This document shows, in pieces, positions 18,100 to 25,691 of a stretch of 31,144 nt of DNA. Positions within the stretch are counted from its first letter, which is position 1. The number at the start of each line of letters is the position of its first letter. The stretch comes from a virus (taxonomy: Duplodnaviria; Caudoviricetes). The stretch is taken from positions 1 to 31,144 of IMG/VR virus record IMGVR_UViG_3300037631_000018; one strand, written 5' to 3'. The notes beneath the pieces were generated by a model, which saw only the letters and a program-made list of their open reading frames with translations, did not search any database and had not been told where the DNA came from. A program made the position numbers and the translations under genes.

Positions 18100-18375
18100 T
18101 TAAATCTTAAAGCCGTAAGCAACAACACCAACAATCGCACTAACCATAAGCCAAACAAAACGTTCGGCTATCTTTGCTGACTGTGTGTTGTAGCCAACAA
18201 TGCTTTTGACGTTATCAAGGTCAGACTCTTGTTCATCAAGACGATATTCAAGGCGATCAATCCTTGCACTACCAGCTACTAGCTTTTCGTCTACTCTGGC
18301 AATCATCGCCATAGCTTCCGTCAACTTGTCTAGCTTTGATTCGATCCTATTAAGACGTACCGACTGATCGTCCAT
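18100..18375 (-). CDS. Coiled-coil protein with C-terminal TM helix (XhlA/holin-associated-like)
   Basis: RL.RIE.KLDKL heptads, then FVWLMVSAIVGVVAYGF; GGGGAG SD. Confidence 0.7.
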   Translation of the reverse strand: MDDQSVRLNRIESKLDKLTEAMAMIARVDEKLVAGSARIDRLEYRLDEQESDLDNVKSIVGYNTQSAKIAERFVWLMVSAIVGVVAYGFKI

Positions 18376-18388
18376 TGAACTCCCCTTG

Positions 18389-18559
18389 TTACTGCTTGGC
18401 CTTGCCTACGTTAATAGCCATGATGTCAATAAAACGATACAACTTAGCCAGCCATGCGTCGTCCTTTGGCGTAGGTGTTACTGCCGCAATGATTGAGCAG
18501 ACTGTGACGACCATAGGCGCAATAGCCGCTAGGTCAGATAGAACCTTTAAGATGTCCAT
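18389..18559 (-). CDS. 56-aa small membrane protein (holin-like; not in ORF track)
   Basis: MDILKVLSDLAAIAPMVVTVCSIIAAVTPTPKDDAWLAKLYRFIDIMAINVGKAKQ*; GAGGT SD; fills the gap between neighbours. Confidence 0.8.
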   Translation of the reverse strand: MDILKVLSDLAAIAPMVVTVCSIIAAVTPTPKDDAWLAKLYRFIDIMAINVGKAKQ

Positions 18560-18849
18560 GGAACACCTACCTCAGTTGTTGGCGCTTTCTGCTCTGCGAT
18601 GTTAGCCGCCAGTGAAGCCTCAACAGCATCCTTGTCGACGCCGTTGTCCCAGCACCAGTTCAATACCATAGACTCAGTAAGGTCTGCGTAAGGAACGAAG
18701 TCATCAGCAGATGCGTCGGGTGTAAACGAAGCAGTGCCGTAAGCGGCGGCAATGTGGTCGCCGTCTACTTCAGTGACACGCCAGTGTGCAACGATTACGC
18801 CGCCGTCAGCAGTATTGTGTTCGAGTGTGGATATAGTCCATGTAGCCAT
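18547..18849 (-). CDS. Tail-fibre-associated small protein (assembly chaperone-like)
   Basis: W.I..LE....V...HWR....YG...F...FVPYADLTE..VL.W...G.PW pattern; downstream of the fibre gene. Confidence 0.7.
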   Translation of the reverse strand: MATWTISTLEHNTADGGVIVAHWRVTEVDGDHIAAAYGTASFTPDASADDFVPYADLTESMVLNWCWDNGVDKDAVEASLAANIAEQKAPTTEVGVPWTS

Positions 18850-19079
18850 TAGTTAGCTCCAAATACTGCGTTGCAGATAGCCTGCACGTTTTGTGGCTCA
18901 GATGACCAGTCGTCACCCGATTGAATTACATGACGGTGATACGACTGTGAAATTACAGCGCCGTCTTCGAGTACACGAGTAGCAGTCCGTACTTGAACAG
19001 AGGTTACGTCATTGCCGTCCTCGTCCTGAGTAGTAACTACTTCTACTTTGTCTGCTGTTACGCTTTTAGTTAATGCCAT
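18849..19079 (-). CDS. Tail-fibre-associated small protein
   Basis: MALT....DK.EVV...VQVR.AT...EDG..IS.SYHRHV...VQAIC.AV; strong AAGGAG SD. Confidence 0.75.
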   Translation of the reverse strand: MALTKSVTADKVEVVTTQDEDGNDVTSVQVRTATRVLEDGAVISQSYHRHVIQSGDDWSSEPQNVQAICNAVFGAN

Positions 19080-19083
19080 TGTC

Positions 19084-19119
19084 TTTCTCCTTTAGTCCGT
19101 CTCAAGAATCCACTTGAGA
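19084..19119 (-). promoter_or_regulatory. Hairpin with GGA loop next to the RBS (candidate translational operator)
   Basis: Minus strand reads TCTCAAG-TGGATT-CTTGAGA-CGGACT-AAAGGAGAAA; 7-bp stem with no U-tract. Confidence 0.5.
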
Positions 19120-19122
19120 TAA

Positions 19123-21108
19123 TTAGGCTGTTTCATAGGTTATTGTCATAATTAGATCGTTAGAATTGCCACCAGTATTTAAATCTGAAATTTGGACATA
19201 CTCTGCTAAAGCACCGTTTACACTGGTCTTATATGTAAGGTAAGCAAAATCACCGCCAGTATTTACATATCCACCAACAGGAGGTTCGCCTGACCAACTA
19301 GCGGTATAGCCCACGCTTACGGCGCCATATATACTAGATGCTGACGTGAAGGGCAGTCCTTGTATTTTCAAAAGACCCGAACCGCCACTAACTGCATCAG
19401 TCCTCATGCGAATCTGCACAGTAACTTTTTTCCCTACTTTGATATAAGACCCATAGCGCGCACCATCATAAGTAACTGAAGTGGGATTTGAAGTTCCTCC
19501 GCCGATTGTTGGAGTAAACGTCCCTTCTTCATAGTCATCCAGCGTATTAGCCGCCGCATAAGTGCCGACAGCGGTGCCTAGTGTTATGCCGTTGGGGGCG
19601 ATTAGATGGCCAGAGTTGTCGATGCGCATACGCTCGGAGCCATTGCTTTGAAAAATGGTCGAGCCAGAATCCGTCATGTTAAAGTAGCCATGGACGGACT
19701 CTTTGACAAACCGAAATTCGCCTGTGTTGTTTATCGCATTAAAAAACCCTCCAGAAGTAGCATTGTTATATGCCTCTATTATTTTAAAGGCACCAATTGC
19801 AGTTGGCGCTCGACCTATACCGACATTGCCAGAGCTGTCGATACGCATACGCTCTGAGCCGTCAGTAGAAAATGCTATTGCGGCGGATTCATCGGTTCTT
19901 AATTGAAAATCGCCAGTGCCTCTATGTTGAATGACAGACGTAGTATTAGCGCCGCCGTTGTTTCTTATGATTCTTAGGCCATAGTCGGTGTATGTAGCAT
20001 CGCCTACTAAGTCTAAGAATGAATAGCCGTTGCCAGTTCTGCCATGACCAATTTCAATAAACTGGTCTTCTGTAGAAGCGCCTCTTGTCCGTATATTTCC
20101 ATAAACTTCTAATTTTTCTCCAGCAAATGAACCACCTATACCGACATTGCCAGAGCTGTCGATAACAAGCTGACCAGAAGACAAAGCGCCGCCAGCGTTG
20201 CTTATATACGTACTGCCGCCTTCCGAACCAAAATAACTGTTTGTGTCGTCGTCGCTGATTAAAATAGCGCCACGGTTGTCAGTACTTTGGAACTGAGCAA
20301 TAGTGTTATCAGCAGTGCTTGCGTGGACAACGTAGCTAGGCGACGTAGTACCCAGACCTAACCGTGAAGTGCTTGCGTCCCAGAAAAGGTCTTGTGATGA
20401 GCCGCTCGAATCGTAGAAGCTAATGTCGCCTGTGGCTCCGTCAATTTGTGTTCTAAGAGTGTTGTTAGACATCCAAAAAACATCAGTATTGGTTGACGAG
20501 CCAAAACGTGCGCTAGAGTTTGTAGAGCTAATAAACGCAGTTGTAGGTGTATCTGTGTCTGTGATGTTTAAAGTAGGAGAAGAAGCTCCTTGCAACGTAG
20601 CATTACCATCAACAGTCAAACCATCAGCAGTCACAGTCCCCGTTACGTCGATGCCTGTGGAGGTGGTGGAGAGCCTGGATGCGCCATTAAAATATAGGTC
20701 TACCGCACCGTTTTCTAAGAATCTGCCAAGGTCTTCGTTAGAATCTTTACCTCTGAGGTAAACACCTGCTGTACCTTTTATAAATAAAACGCCACTTCCT
20801 GTGTCTTCAATATAACTATTTGACCCATCATGATAAATCTGTAGGTCAGAGCTAACACCGAAGATAGCCTTGTCGTTGTCGCCGAAGGTTACGTCGCCAG
20901 TAGTTCCAAGACCTGCAAAGCTAACTGTACCTGTTGCTGTAATATCTCCAGTAGTAATGCTGGTAGGATTAGTACCTACTTCAATAACAGTACCGCCTGA
21001 GTCTTCTGTGTAGAGGCGCTTGTTAGTCAGGTCTAATGCGGGTTCGCCTTGAACAAGATCACCGGTTGTAGGTGCGCCAGAACCATTCTTGAGTTTAATC
21101 GTGGTCAT
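19123..21108 (-). CDS. Tail fibre / receptor-binding protein
   Basis: N-terminal TIKLK..SGAP....L..GEPALD.T.KRLY; GDN.KA.FG...DL.IYHDG.NSYI; repeated ERMRIDSSGNVGIG; C-terminal LDDYEEGTFTP...Y.KVG..V tip domain. Confidence 0.9.
   Translation of the reverse strand: MTTIKLKNGSGAPTTGDLVQGEPALDLTNKRLYTEDSGGTVIEVGTNPTSITTGDITATGTVSFAGLGTTGDVTFGDNDKAIFGVSSDLQIYHDGSNSYIEDTGSGVLFIKGTAGVYLRGKDSNEDLGRFLENGAVDLYFNGASRLSTTSTGIDVTGTVTADGLTVDGNATLQGASSPTLNITDTDTPTTAFISSTNSSARFGSSTNTDVFWMSNNTLRTQIDGATGDISFYDSSGSSQDLFWDASTSRLGLGTTSPSYVVHASTADNTIAQFQSTDNRGAILISDDDTNSYFGSEGGSTYISNAGGALSSGQLVIDSSGNVGIGGSFAGEKLEVYGNIRTRGASTEDQFIEIGHGRTGNGYSFLDLVGDATYTDYGLRIIRNNGGANTTSVIQHRGTGDFQLRTDESAAIAFSTDGSERMRIDSSGNVGIGRAPTAIGAFKIIEAYNNATSGGFFNAINNTGEFRFVKESVHGYFNMTDSGSTIFQSNGSERMRIDNSGHLIAPNGITLGTAVGTYAAANTLDDYEEGTFTPTIGGGTSNPTSVTYDGARYGSYIKVGKKVTVQIRMRTDAVSGGSGLLKIQGLPFTSASSIYGAVSVGYTASWSGEPPVGGYVNTGGDFAYLTYKTSVNGALAEYVQISDLNTGGNSNDLIMTITYETA
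19813..20164. repeat. Identical 31-bp direct repeats (19813-19843 and 20134-20164) inside the tail fibre gene
   Basis: ACCTATACCGACATTGCCAGAGCTGTCGATA occurs twice, 321 bp apart. A third related copy at 19609-19641 matches 19828-19860 at 30/33. Confidence 0.92.
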
Positions 21109-22613
21109 TAATAAGTTCCCCCGTCAACAGTTGACAGTGTAGTAGTGATAGAAGTTGTGCCTGAACCTGTAACTGCTCCAGACAGAGTAATCGTTTCGTT
21201 ACCAGTAATATAGCCTGAGTTGTTAGTTAGGACAGAAATGTTGTCCCCACTTTGCAATGCACTATCAGCCAATGCGCCTTGTGCTGCCGTAGCGTAGTCA
21301 GCAGAGTCAAAGGCTTTTACCTGTGCGAGGTTAGTTACCTCTGAATCCATTAGCGCACCAGCAGCAGTTACGTTAGCTGTATCCGTTACGTTTGCGCTGG
21401 CTTCGATACCGTTGAGTTTCGTATGGTCTGCGTCAGTAAATACATTGGAATCCGTTGCTGACTCTACAAGCGTCCGTATTTCAGCTGCGGTTTGGTCTGC
21501 TGTAGCGTTTGCTTCAATACCGTTTAGCTTTGTGTGATCCGCATCGGTAAACACATTAGAGTCTGTAGCCGCTTCTACTGCCGCCCTTATCTCTGCGTTA
21601 CTTTGGTCTGCTGTGGCTCCTGCTTCAATCCCATCTAGCTTGCTGTGATCTGCATCAGTAAAGACGTTAGAGTCACTTGCAGAGTCAACCAGTGTGCGAA
21701 TCTCTGCGGCTGTCTGATCTGCTGTAGCACTGGCTTCAATGCCGTCTAGCTTAGTGCCGTCTGCGGCTACGTCACGGCCATCAACAGTACCGCTAAGCAC
21801 CACATTGCCTGTGATGTTAACGTTACCTGTACCTGTAATGTCATTGCTGTTTAGGTCAAGGTCACCGCCTAGCTGTGGCGTAGAGTCACCAACAAGATCC
21901 GGGTTAATACTGTTCCACGTGGAACCATCGTAGATTCGAGTAGTGTTGTCGCTAGTGTTGAAGTACCAGTCACCTACCGTTACAGCATTGCCGTTAAGGT
22001 CAACAGTAGGGTTGGTAGCAGAAGTGCCAAGGTACAAACCATCAATTGCTTCTTGAGCCGCCTCTGCCGCTGTCTGCGCTGTTTCTGCTGCAGTCTGAGC
22101 AGTTTGAGCTGCAGTAGCGCTGGTCGCTGCTTCTGATGCCTTAGTGGTGGCTGTTGTAGCTGAGGTTGCTGCATTAGTTGCTGATGTGGCTGCTTCTGTG
22201 GCTTTAGTCGTTGCGGTCGTTGCGGAAGCAGAAGCGTTTGTCTCTGCTGTTTCAGCGTTAGTCTCTGCAGTCTCAGCTGCTGTCTTAGCTACTTCTGCTG
22301 CTGACTGTGCAGTTTCTGAAGCGGTCTTTGCAGTTTCTGCAGATGTCTTAGCCGATACAGCTGCGTTTTCTGCAGTTTCTGCATTAGTCTCTGCAGTCTC
22401 TGCATTTGTTTCTGCAGTCTCTGCGTTAGTCTGTGCAGTCTCTGCTGCAGCTTGTGCAGCCTCAGCAGCCGTTTGAGCCGCTAAAGCTGACTCAGCAGAC
22501 GCTGCGGCTTCATTTGCTTTTGAAGAGGCAGTACGGGCTTCTGTAGCTATCTCCGACGCATACGCATCAGTGCTAGACTCACCAGAACCACCTGTGCCAC
22601 GGAATAAAGGCAT
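21108..22613 (-). CDS. Fibre-like structural protein: Ala/Thr coiled coil plus 37-aa repeats
   Basis: ETAETNA heptads, YLG...P.VD..G....GD.YFN....RIYDG..W, D.TPQLGG.LD.N, KL.GIEA.A repeats; C-terminus TVDGGTY. Confidence 0.82.
   Translation of the reverse strand: MPLFRGTGGSGESSTDAYASEIATEARTASSKANEAAASAESALAAQTAAEAAQAAAETAQTNAETAETNAETAETNAETAENAAVSAKTSAETAKTASETAQSAAEVAKTAAETAETNAETAETNASASATTATTKATEAATSATNAATSATTATTKASEAATSATAAQTAQTAAETAQTAAEAAQEAIDGLYLGTSATNPTVDLNGNAVTVGDWYFNTSDNTTRIYDGSTWNSINPDLVGDSTPQLGGDLDLNSNDITGTGNVNITGNVVLSGTVDGRDVAADGTKLDGIEASATADQTAAEIRTLVDSASDSNVFTDADHSKLDGIEAGATADQSNAEIRAAVEAATDSNVFTDADHTKLNGIEANATADQTAAEIRTLVESATDSNVFTDADHTKLNGIEASANVTDTANVTAAGALMDSEVTNLAQVKAFDSADYATAAQGALADSALQSGDNISVLTNNSGYITGNETITLSGAVTGSGTTSITTTLSTVDGGTY
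21393..21761 (-). repeat. 3.3 tandem 37-aa (111-bp) repeats
   Basis: D(G/H)(T/S)KL(D/N)GIEAxATADQxxAEIRxxV(D/E)xAxDSNVFTDA x3 plus a partial copy. Confidence 0.93.
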
Positions 22614-22626
22614 CTACTGCTCCTAC

Positions 22627-22661
22627 AAAAGAAAAGGAAAAGGGGCCATTGCTGACCCCTT
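22627..22661 (-). terminator. Rho-independent terminator after the major capsid gene
   Basis: Minus strand AAGGGGTCA-GCAA-TGGCCCCTT then TTCCTTTTCTTTT (GNRA loop). Confidence 0.85.
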
Positions 22662-22668
22662 AAGTTCG

Positions 22669-23649
22669 TTACTCTGCGACTGCGAGTACGAAACCAGCTT
22701 CAGGACGGTATACTTCAACACCGTAGAGGCAGTCAGCCGTGTACAGAGTCGAGAGGTATTCCTGCTTGTACTGGGTCTGTGAACGTACGGCTTGCTGCTC
22801 TGCCATGACGATAGCGTCTTTGTGGAAGAGAAGTGCAGCACGAGTATCAACAGAAGATGCAGTGTTGTCTGCAGCAGCTTCGATAGTTGCACAGTTGTTT
22901 GAGACATAGATGTCTACACCGTACAGGTTACCAATGAGGCCAGAGCTTACTGCTTGACCAGTTACGAAGTCAGAAGACACGTATCGGTCAATGCCCATGA
23001 TAGTGTTACGAACAGAAGGTGGGATAACAAGTACACGACTTTCCATCGGTACGTTGTTGTCGTCAAGCTTCTGAATCATGTCACGGAAGAACGCATCGGT
23101 AAATACGTCAGCAGCAACGATAGTGTCGTCAGTGTACTGAGTAGTTGTGCCGCCGTCGTTAAAGAAACAACCGCTGTGCTGGTAGTCAGTAGGAGCTACT
23201 GAACCAGAGAACACAACTGAACCACCGTCACCAAAACCAGTACCACAAGAGTGGAGGTCGGTGTCGATCTTAGTAGCAAGAGCGTAACCAGCATCTTCAG
23301 TGTAGAACTGACGGAGGCTAGAAAGCGCCTGTACTTCAACGATGTCTTCGATAAGACGTGAGTACTCGAAGTGACGGTCGATGTCAACAGTCAATTCGCT
23401 CTCAGTGTTTGCAATGATAGTAACTGCAGTGTCAGCAGCCTTAGCATTTGCATCACCACGAGTGGGCTTAGGGATGTGAAGCTTGTCACCTTTCTTGCCA
23501 TTCATAGCGATACGCTTGACAAGCGGAGCCATCTTCAGGTTCTTTTGGTAAGCAGCAATGATCTCGTCACTCCAGATTTCTGGAATAAACGTTGCCGCTT
23601 CAGTCTTCGCAGTATTACCGCCTGCGCCCGGATAAGTTGCAGTAGCCAT
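22669..23649 (-). CDS. Major capsid protein
   Basis: FIPEIWS, GD..HIP, D...E.S..IED...VQ, GYALA..ID, G.IG.LYG...YVSNN, LYG....RPE; follows the scaffold gene and precedes a terminator; AGGAG SD. Confidence 0.93.
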   Translation of the reverse strand: MATATYPGAGGNTAKTEAATFIPEIWSDEIIAAYQKNLKMAPLVKRIAMNGKKGDKLHIPKPTRGDANAKAADTAVTIIANTESELTVDIDRHFEYSRLIEDIVEVQALSSLRQFYTEDAGYALATKIDTDLHSCGTGFGDGGSVVFSGSVAPTDYQHSGCFFNDGGTTTQYTDDTIVAADVFTDAFFRDMIQKLDDNNVPMESRVLVIPPSVRNTIMGIDRYVSSDFVTGQAVSSGLIGNLYGVDIYVSNNCATIEAAADNTASSVDTRAALLFHKDAIVMAEQQAVRSQTQYKQEYLSTLYTADCLYGVEVYRPEAGFVLAVAE

Positions 23650-23663
23650 GTCAATCTCCTAGA

Positions 23664-24458
23664 TTATTTGACTCGACCCTCCGCATAAGCTGCCATGATT
23701 TCATCGGACAAAGCTTGGTAACGGTCAGGGTCATTTTTCATTAGTTTAATAATGTCGGCCCTACGATATACCTTCTTACGACTACCCTCTGCACTACCTC
23801 GTGCGTTGCCTGTACTAGCTGCTTTAAGTGACTGCTTACGCGCTTGTTTTTCAACATTAGCGGTCTGCTGTGCGACTGTTTTCCGTTCTTTCCAAAGTGT
23901 AAACAGTTCGTCAGCAGAGTCAGCATCGTACCCTTGGTCTGCTTGTACAAACAACTGAGTCCTAATCTTAGATCCTTTAATCCATTCCGCAAACTTAGGA
24001 TCGCTAAGTATGTTTTGCATGTCTGGATGTTTAGACTGAAGCATTGACAATGAAGTTTGCTTCTTGTACTGTGCAGAATACTGCTCTGCTTCTCTAATCT
24101 TAGGATGATTCTCAATAGCACGATTAACGGCTGCTTGAGGGTCTGTAAAATAATCTATATCGTCTTCAGGCTCAACGTGTTGTTGAGGTGCTGGAGTCGT
24201 TATACTCTGACTAATATAGTCATCGACGACTTTACGAAGTTCACCTACTTCAGAAGATTGACGACCTAAAAGCTTTTCAGCTTCTTGGTGCATGTGTACA
24301 ACTTCTTCTAGAGACTTGCCTTGGTACTTCTCAGGGACTGTAGGTTCTTCTGTTTGAGGTTGCTCAACTTCTTCTTGTTGAATCTCATCTACTTCGTTTT
24401 CAATGGTGTCCACGTTTTCCTCTTCAGGTTGTGGATCAATCATTGTAGCTCTTGACAT
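23664..24458 (-). CDS. Capsid scaffolding protein
   Basis: Acidic N-terminus, VPEKYQGKSLEEV..M..EAEK..G.Q..EVGELRK, C-terminal AYAEGRVK; immediately upstream of the capsid gene. Confidence 0.85.
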   Translation of the reverse strand: MSRATMIDPQPEEENVDTIENEVDEIQQEEVEQPQTEEPTVPEKYQGKSLEEVVHMHQEAEKLLGRQSSEVGELRKVVDDYISQSITTPAPQQHVEPEDDIDYFTDPQAAVNRAIENHPKIREAEQYSAQYKKQTSLSMLQSKHPDMQNILSDPKFAEWIKGSKIRTQLFVQADQGYDADSADELFTLWKERKTVAQQTANVEKQARKQSLKAASTGNARGSAEGSRKKVYRRADIIKLMKNDPDRYQALSDEIMAAYAEGRVK

Positions 24459-24479
24459 AATTAAACTCCGTGATTATAA

Positions 24480-24701
24480 TCATTGTGGAGACTTCTTTCT
24501 ACCTGCTTTTTCGTGTTCTCGTACCCACTTCATGTGCTGACCGGGAAAGTCCCCAGTAGAGCCATCAAGGTGAAAAGACGGGGCAGATACCATTTTAGTA
24601 GCGTTAGCGCCACAACCGCACCTACTGGTTGTAACGCCGGACTCTACCATTTCTTCAAAGACATGTCCGTTAGTACAACGGAAGTCATAAATTTTAAACA
24701 T
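24480..24701 (-). CDS. FmdB-like zinc-ribbon protein
   Basis: IYDFRCTNGHVFE...RCGCG..A.K.VSAP.F.L.G; ATG at 24701. Confidence 0.75.
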   Translation of the reverse strand: MFKIYDFRCTNGHVFEEMVESGVTTSRCGCGANATKMVSAPSFHLDGSTGDFPGQHMKWVREHEKAGRKKSPQ

Positions 24702-24948
24702 CAACAGGACCTTCTTCTTCTACTTCTGCTTGCTCTCTAGCAGCTTCAATAGTGGCCTGTAGATTAATTACTGTTGCAAAAGCAGCTACTTGACCTTTAC
24801 GAAAGAAGAGATCTTCTACGTCTTTTACAGTCTGTACGTCTGCTAATTGAGTTGCGTTTGTGGAAAGCTCTTGCAAGAGTTGTTTGAAACCTTCATGATT
24901 GAAGAGTTCGAAGTAGTTGTCGAAGTAGGTTTCAAGCTCAGTGTTCAT
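24694..24948 (-). CDS. Small hypothetical protein of the head module
   Basis: 84 aa, GAGG SD, LFFRKGQ motif; first gene after a consensus promoter. Confidence 0.75.
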   Translation of the reverse strand: MNTELETYFDNYFELFNHEGFKQLLQELSTNATQLADVQTVKDVEDLFFRKGQVAAFATVINLQATIEAAREQAEVEEEGPVDV

Positions 24949-24979
24949 AGTTTCCTCTAATGTTGTTAACTATAGTTTT

Positions 24980-25008
24980 ATTATAGCATACTTTTTAACA
25001 GTTGTCAA
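24980..25008 (-). promoter_or_regulatory. Perfect sigma70 promoter upstream of the scaffold/capsid genes
   Basis: TTGACA-17 bp-TATAAT with extended -10 TGn (TTGACAactgttaaaaagtaTGcTATAAT). Confidence 0.9.
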
Positions 25009-25262
25009 GCTTTTCTTGTGGACTTCCTACGTCTACCTGAAGCTGTAACTGCGTGTTTAATTGCTTTGGGGCCTGTCTTACGTCTTGCAGAAGACTCTTT
25101 TTCTTTTTTAGTCATTTTAGCTGCAACAGCTTTAGGTCTACAAGAGGGGTAAGGGCGTTTACTTTTCTTTGCGGACTTACGCCCACAAGGTTTACCTGTT
25201 TTTACGTCTACCCACTCCTCCTTAAACCACTTAGTAAGGCCACCCTTAGGTTTCTTAGACAT
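25005..25262 (-). CDS. Small very basic protein (GGLTKWFKEEWVDV...CGR...YP.CRP)
   Basis: ATG 25262 overlaps the end of the upstream ORF; K/R-rich with a conserved-looking Trp/Cys core. Confidence 0.8.
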   Translation of the reverse strand: MSKKPKGGLTKWFKEEWVDVKTGKPCGRKSAKKSKRPYPSCRPKAVAAKMTKKEKESSARRKTGPKAIKHAVTASGRRRKSTRKA

Positions 25263-25425
25263 ACGTACCACCGCGTTTCTTGTACTCTCTAGTCAACCAC
25301 CCTGAGGCGTAAGCAGAAGGCCATACATCAAACTTACGCTTAGCTTCTGCTTTTACTCTAGAATACAAAGCCTTATTTTTAGGTGTAGGCCCAGATTTTT
25401 TAGGTTTGCTTTTTGCCTTTGGCAT
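25255..25425 (-). CDS. 56-aa very basic protein (not in ORF track)
   Basis: MPKAKSKPKKSGPTPKNKALYSRVKAEAKRKFDVWPSAYASGWLTREYKKRGGTYV*; fills the gap between neighbours exactly. Confidence 0.82.
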   Translation of the reverse strand: MPKAKSKPKKSGPTPKNKALYSRVKAEAKRKFDVWPSAYASGWLTREYKKRGGTYV

Positions 25426-25427
25426 GA

Positions 25428-25691
25428 CTACTTCTTCTTTTTCTTTCGATTAGTCATTGTACGTTGACCACGAACAGGCATCGCTGGTTTTTTCTTTGGC
25501 TTAGTTGATTTCATTCCATAGCCGGGCATAGCTTTCTCCTTTGCTGTCTTAGACAGGTTTTCAAAATGGAAAAGTTTTACAGATGTTTTTCCGTGGGTTT
25601 TGCCTGAATGAAGTTCTCCATTAGGCATCTTATGCGTGCCGCCTGTATACTCAGTGCCGTCGCGTTTATAATGTTTTACACCTTTAGCCAT
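25428..25691 (-). CDS. Small basic His/Lys-rich protein
   Basis: MAKGVKHY..DGT...G.THKMPNG.LHSGKTH...; TAATG coupling to the upstream stop. Confidence 0.78.
   Translation of the reverse strand: MAKGVKHYKRDGTEYTGGTHKMPNGELHSGKTHGKTSVKLFHFENLSKTAKEKAMPGYGMKSTKPKKKPAMPVRGQRTMTNRKKKKK

Noticed and set aside
18375-18605. 76-aa plus-strand ORF
   Set aside because: Antisense to a better-supported 56-aa minus-strand gene (18389-18559) that fits the operon.
19609-20164. Diversity-generating retroelement (TR/VR pair) in the tail fibre
   Set aside because: Repeats are only about 30 bp, all lie inside the CDS, mismatches are not adenine-specific, and there is no reverse transcriptase in the window.
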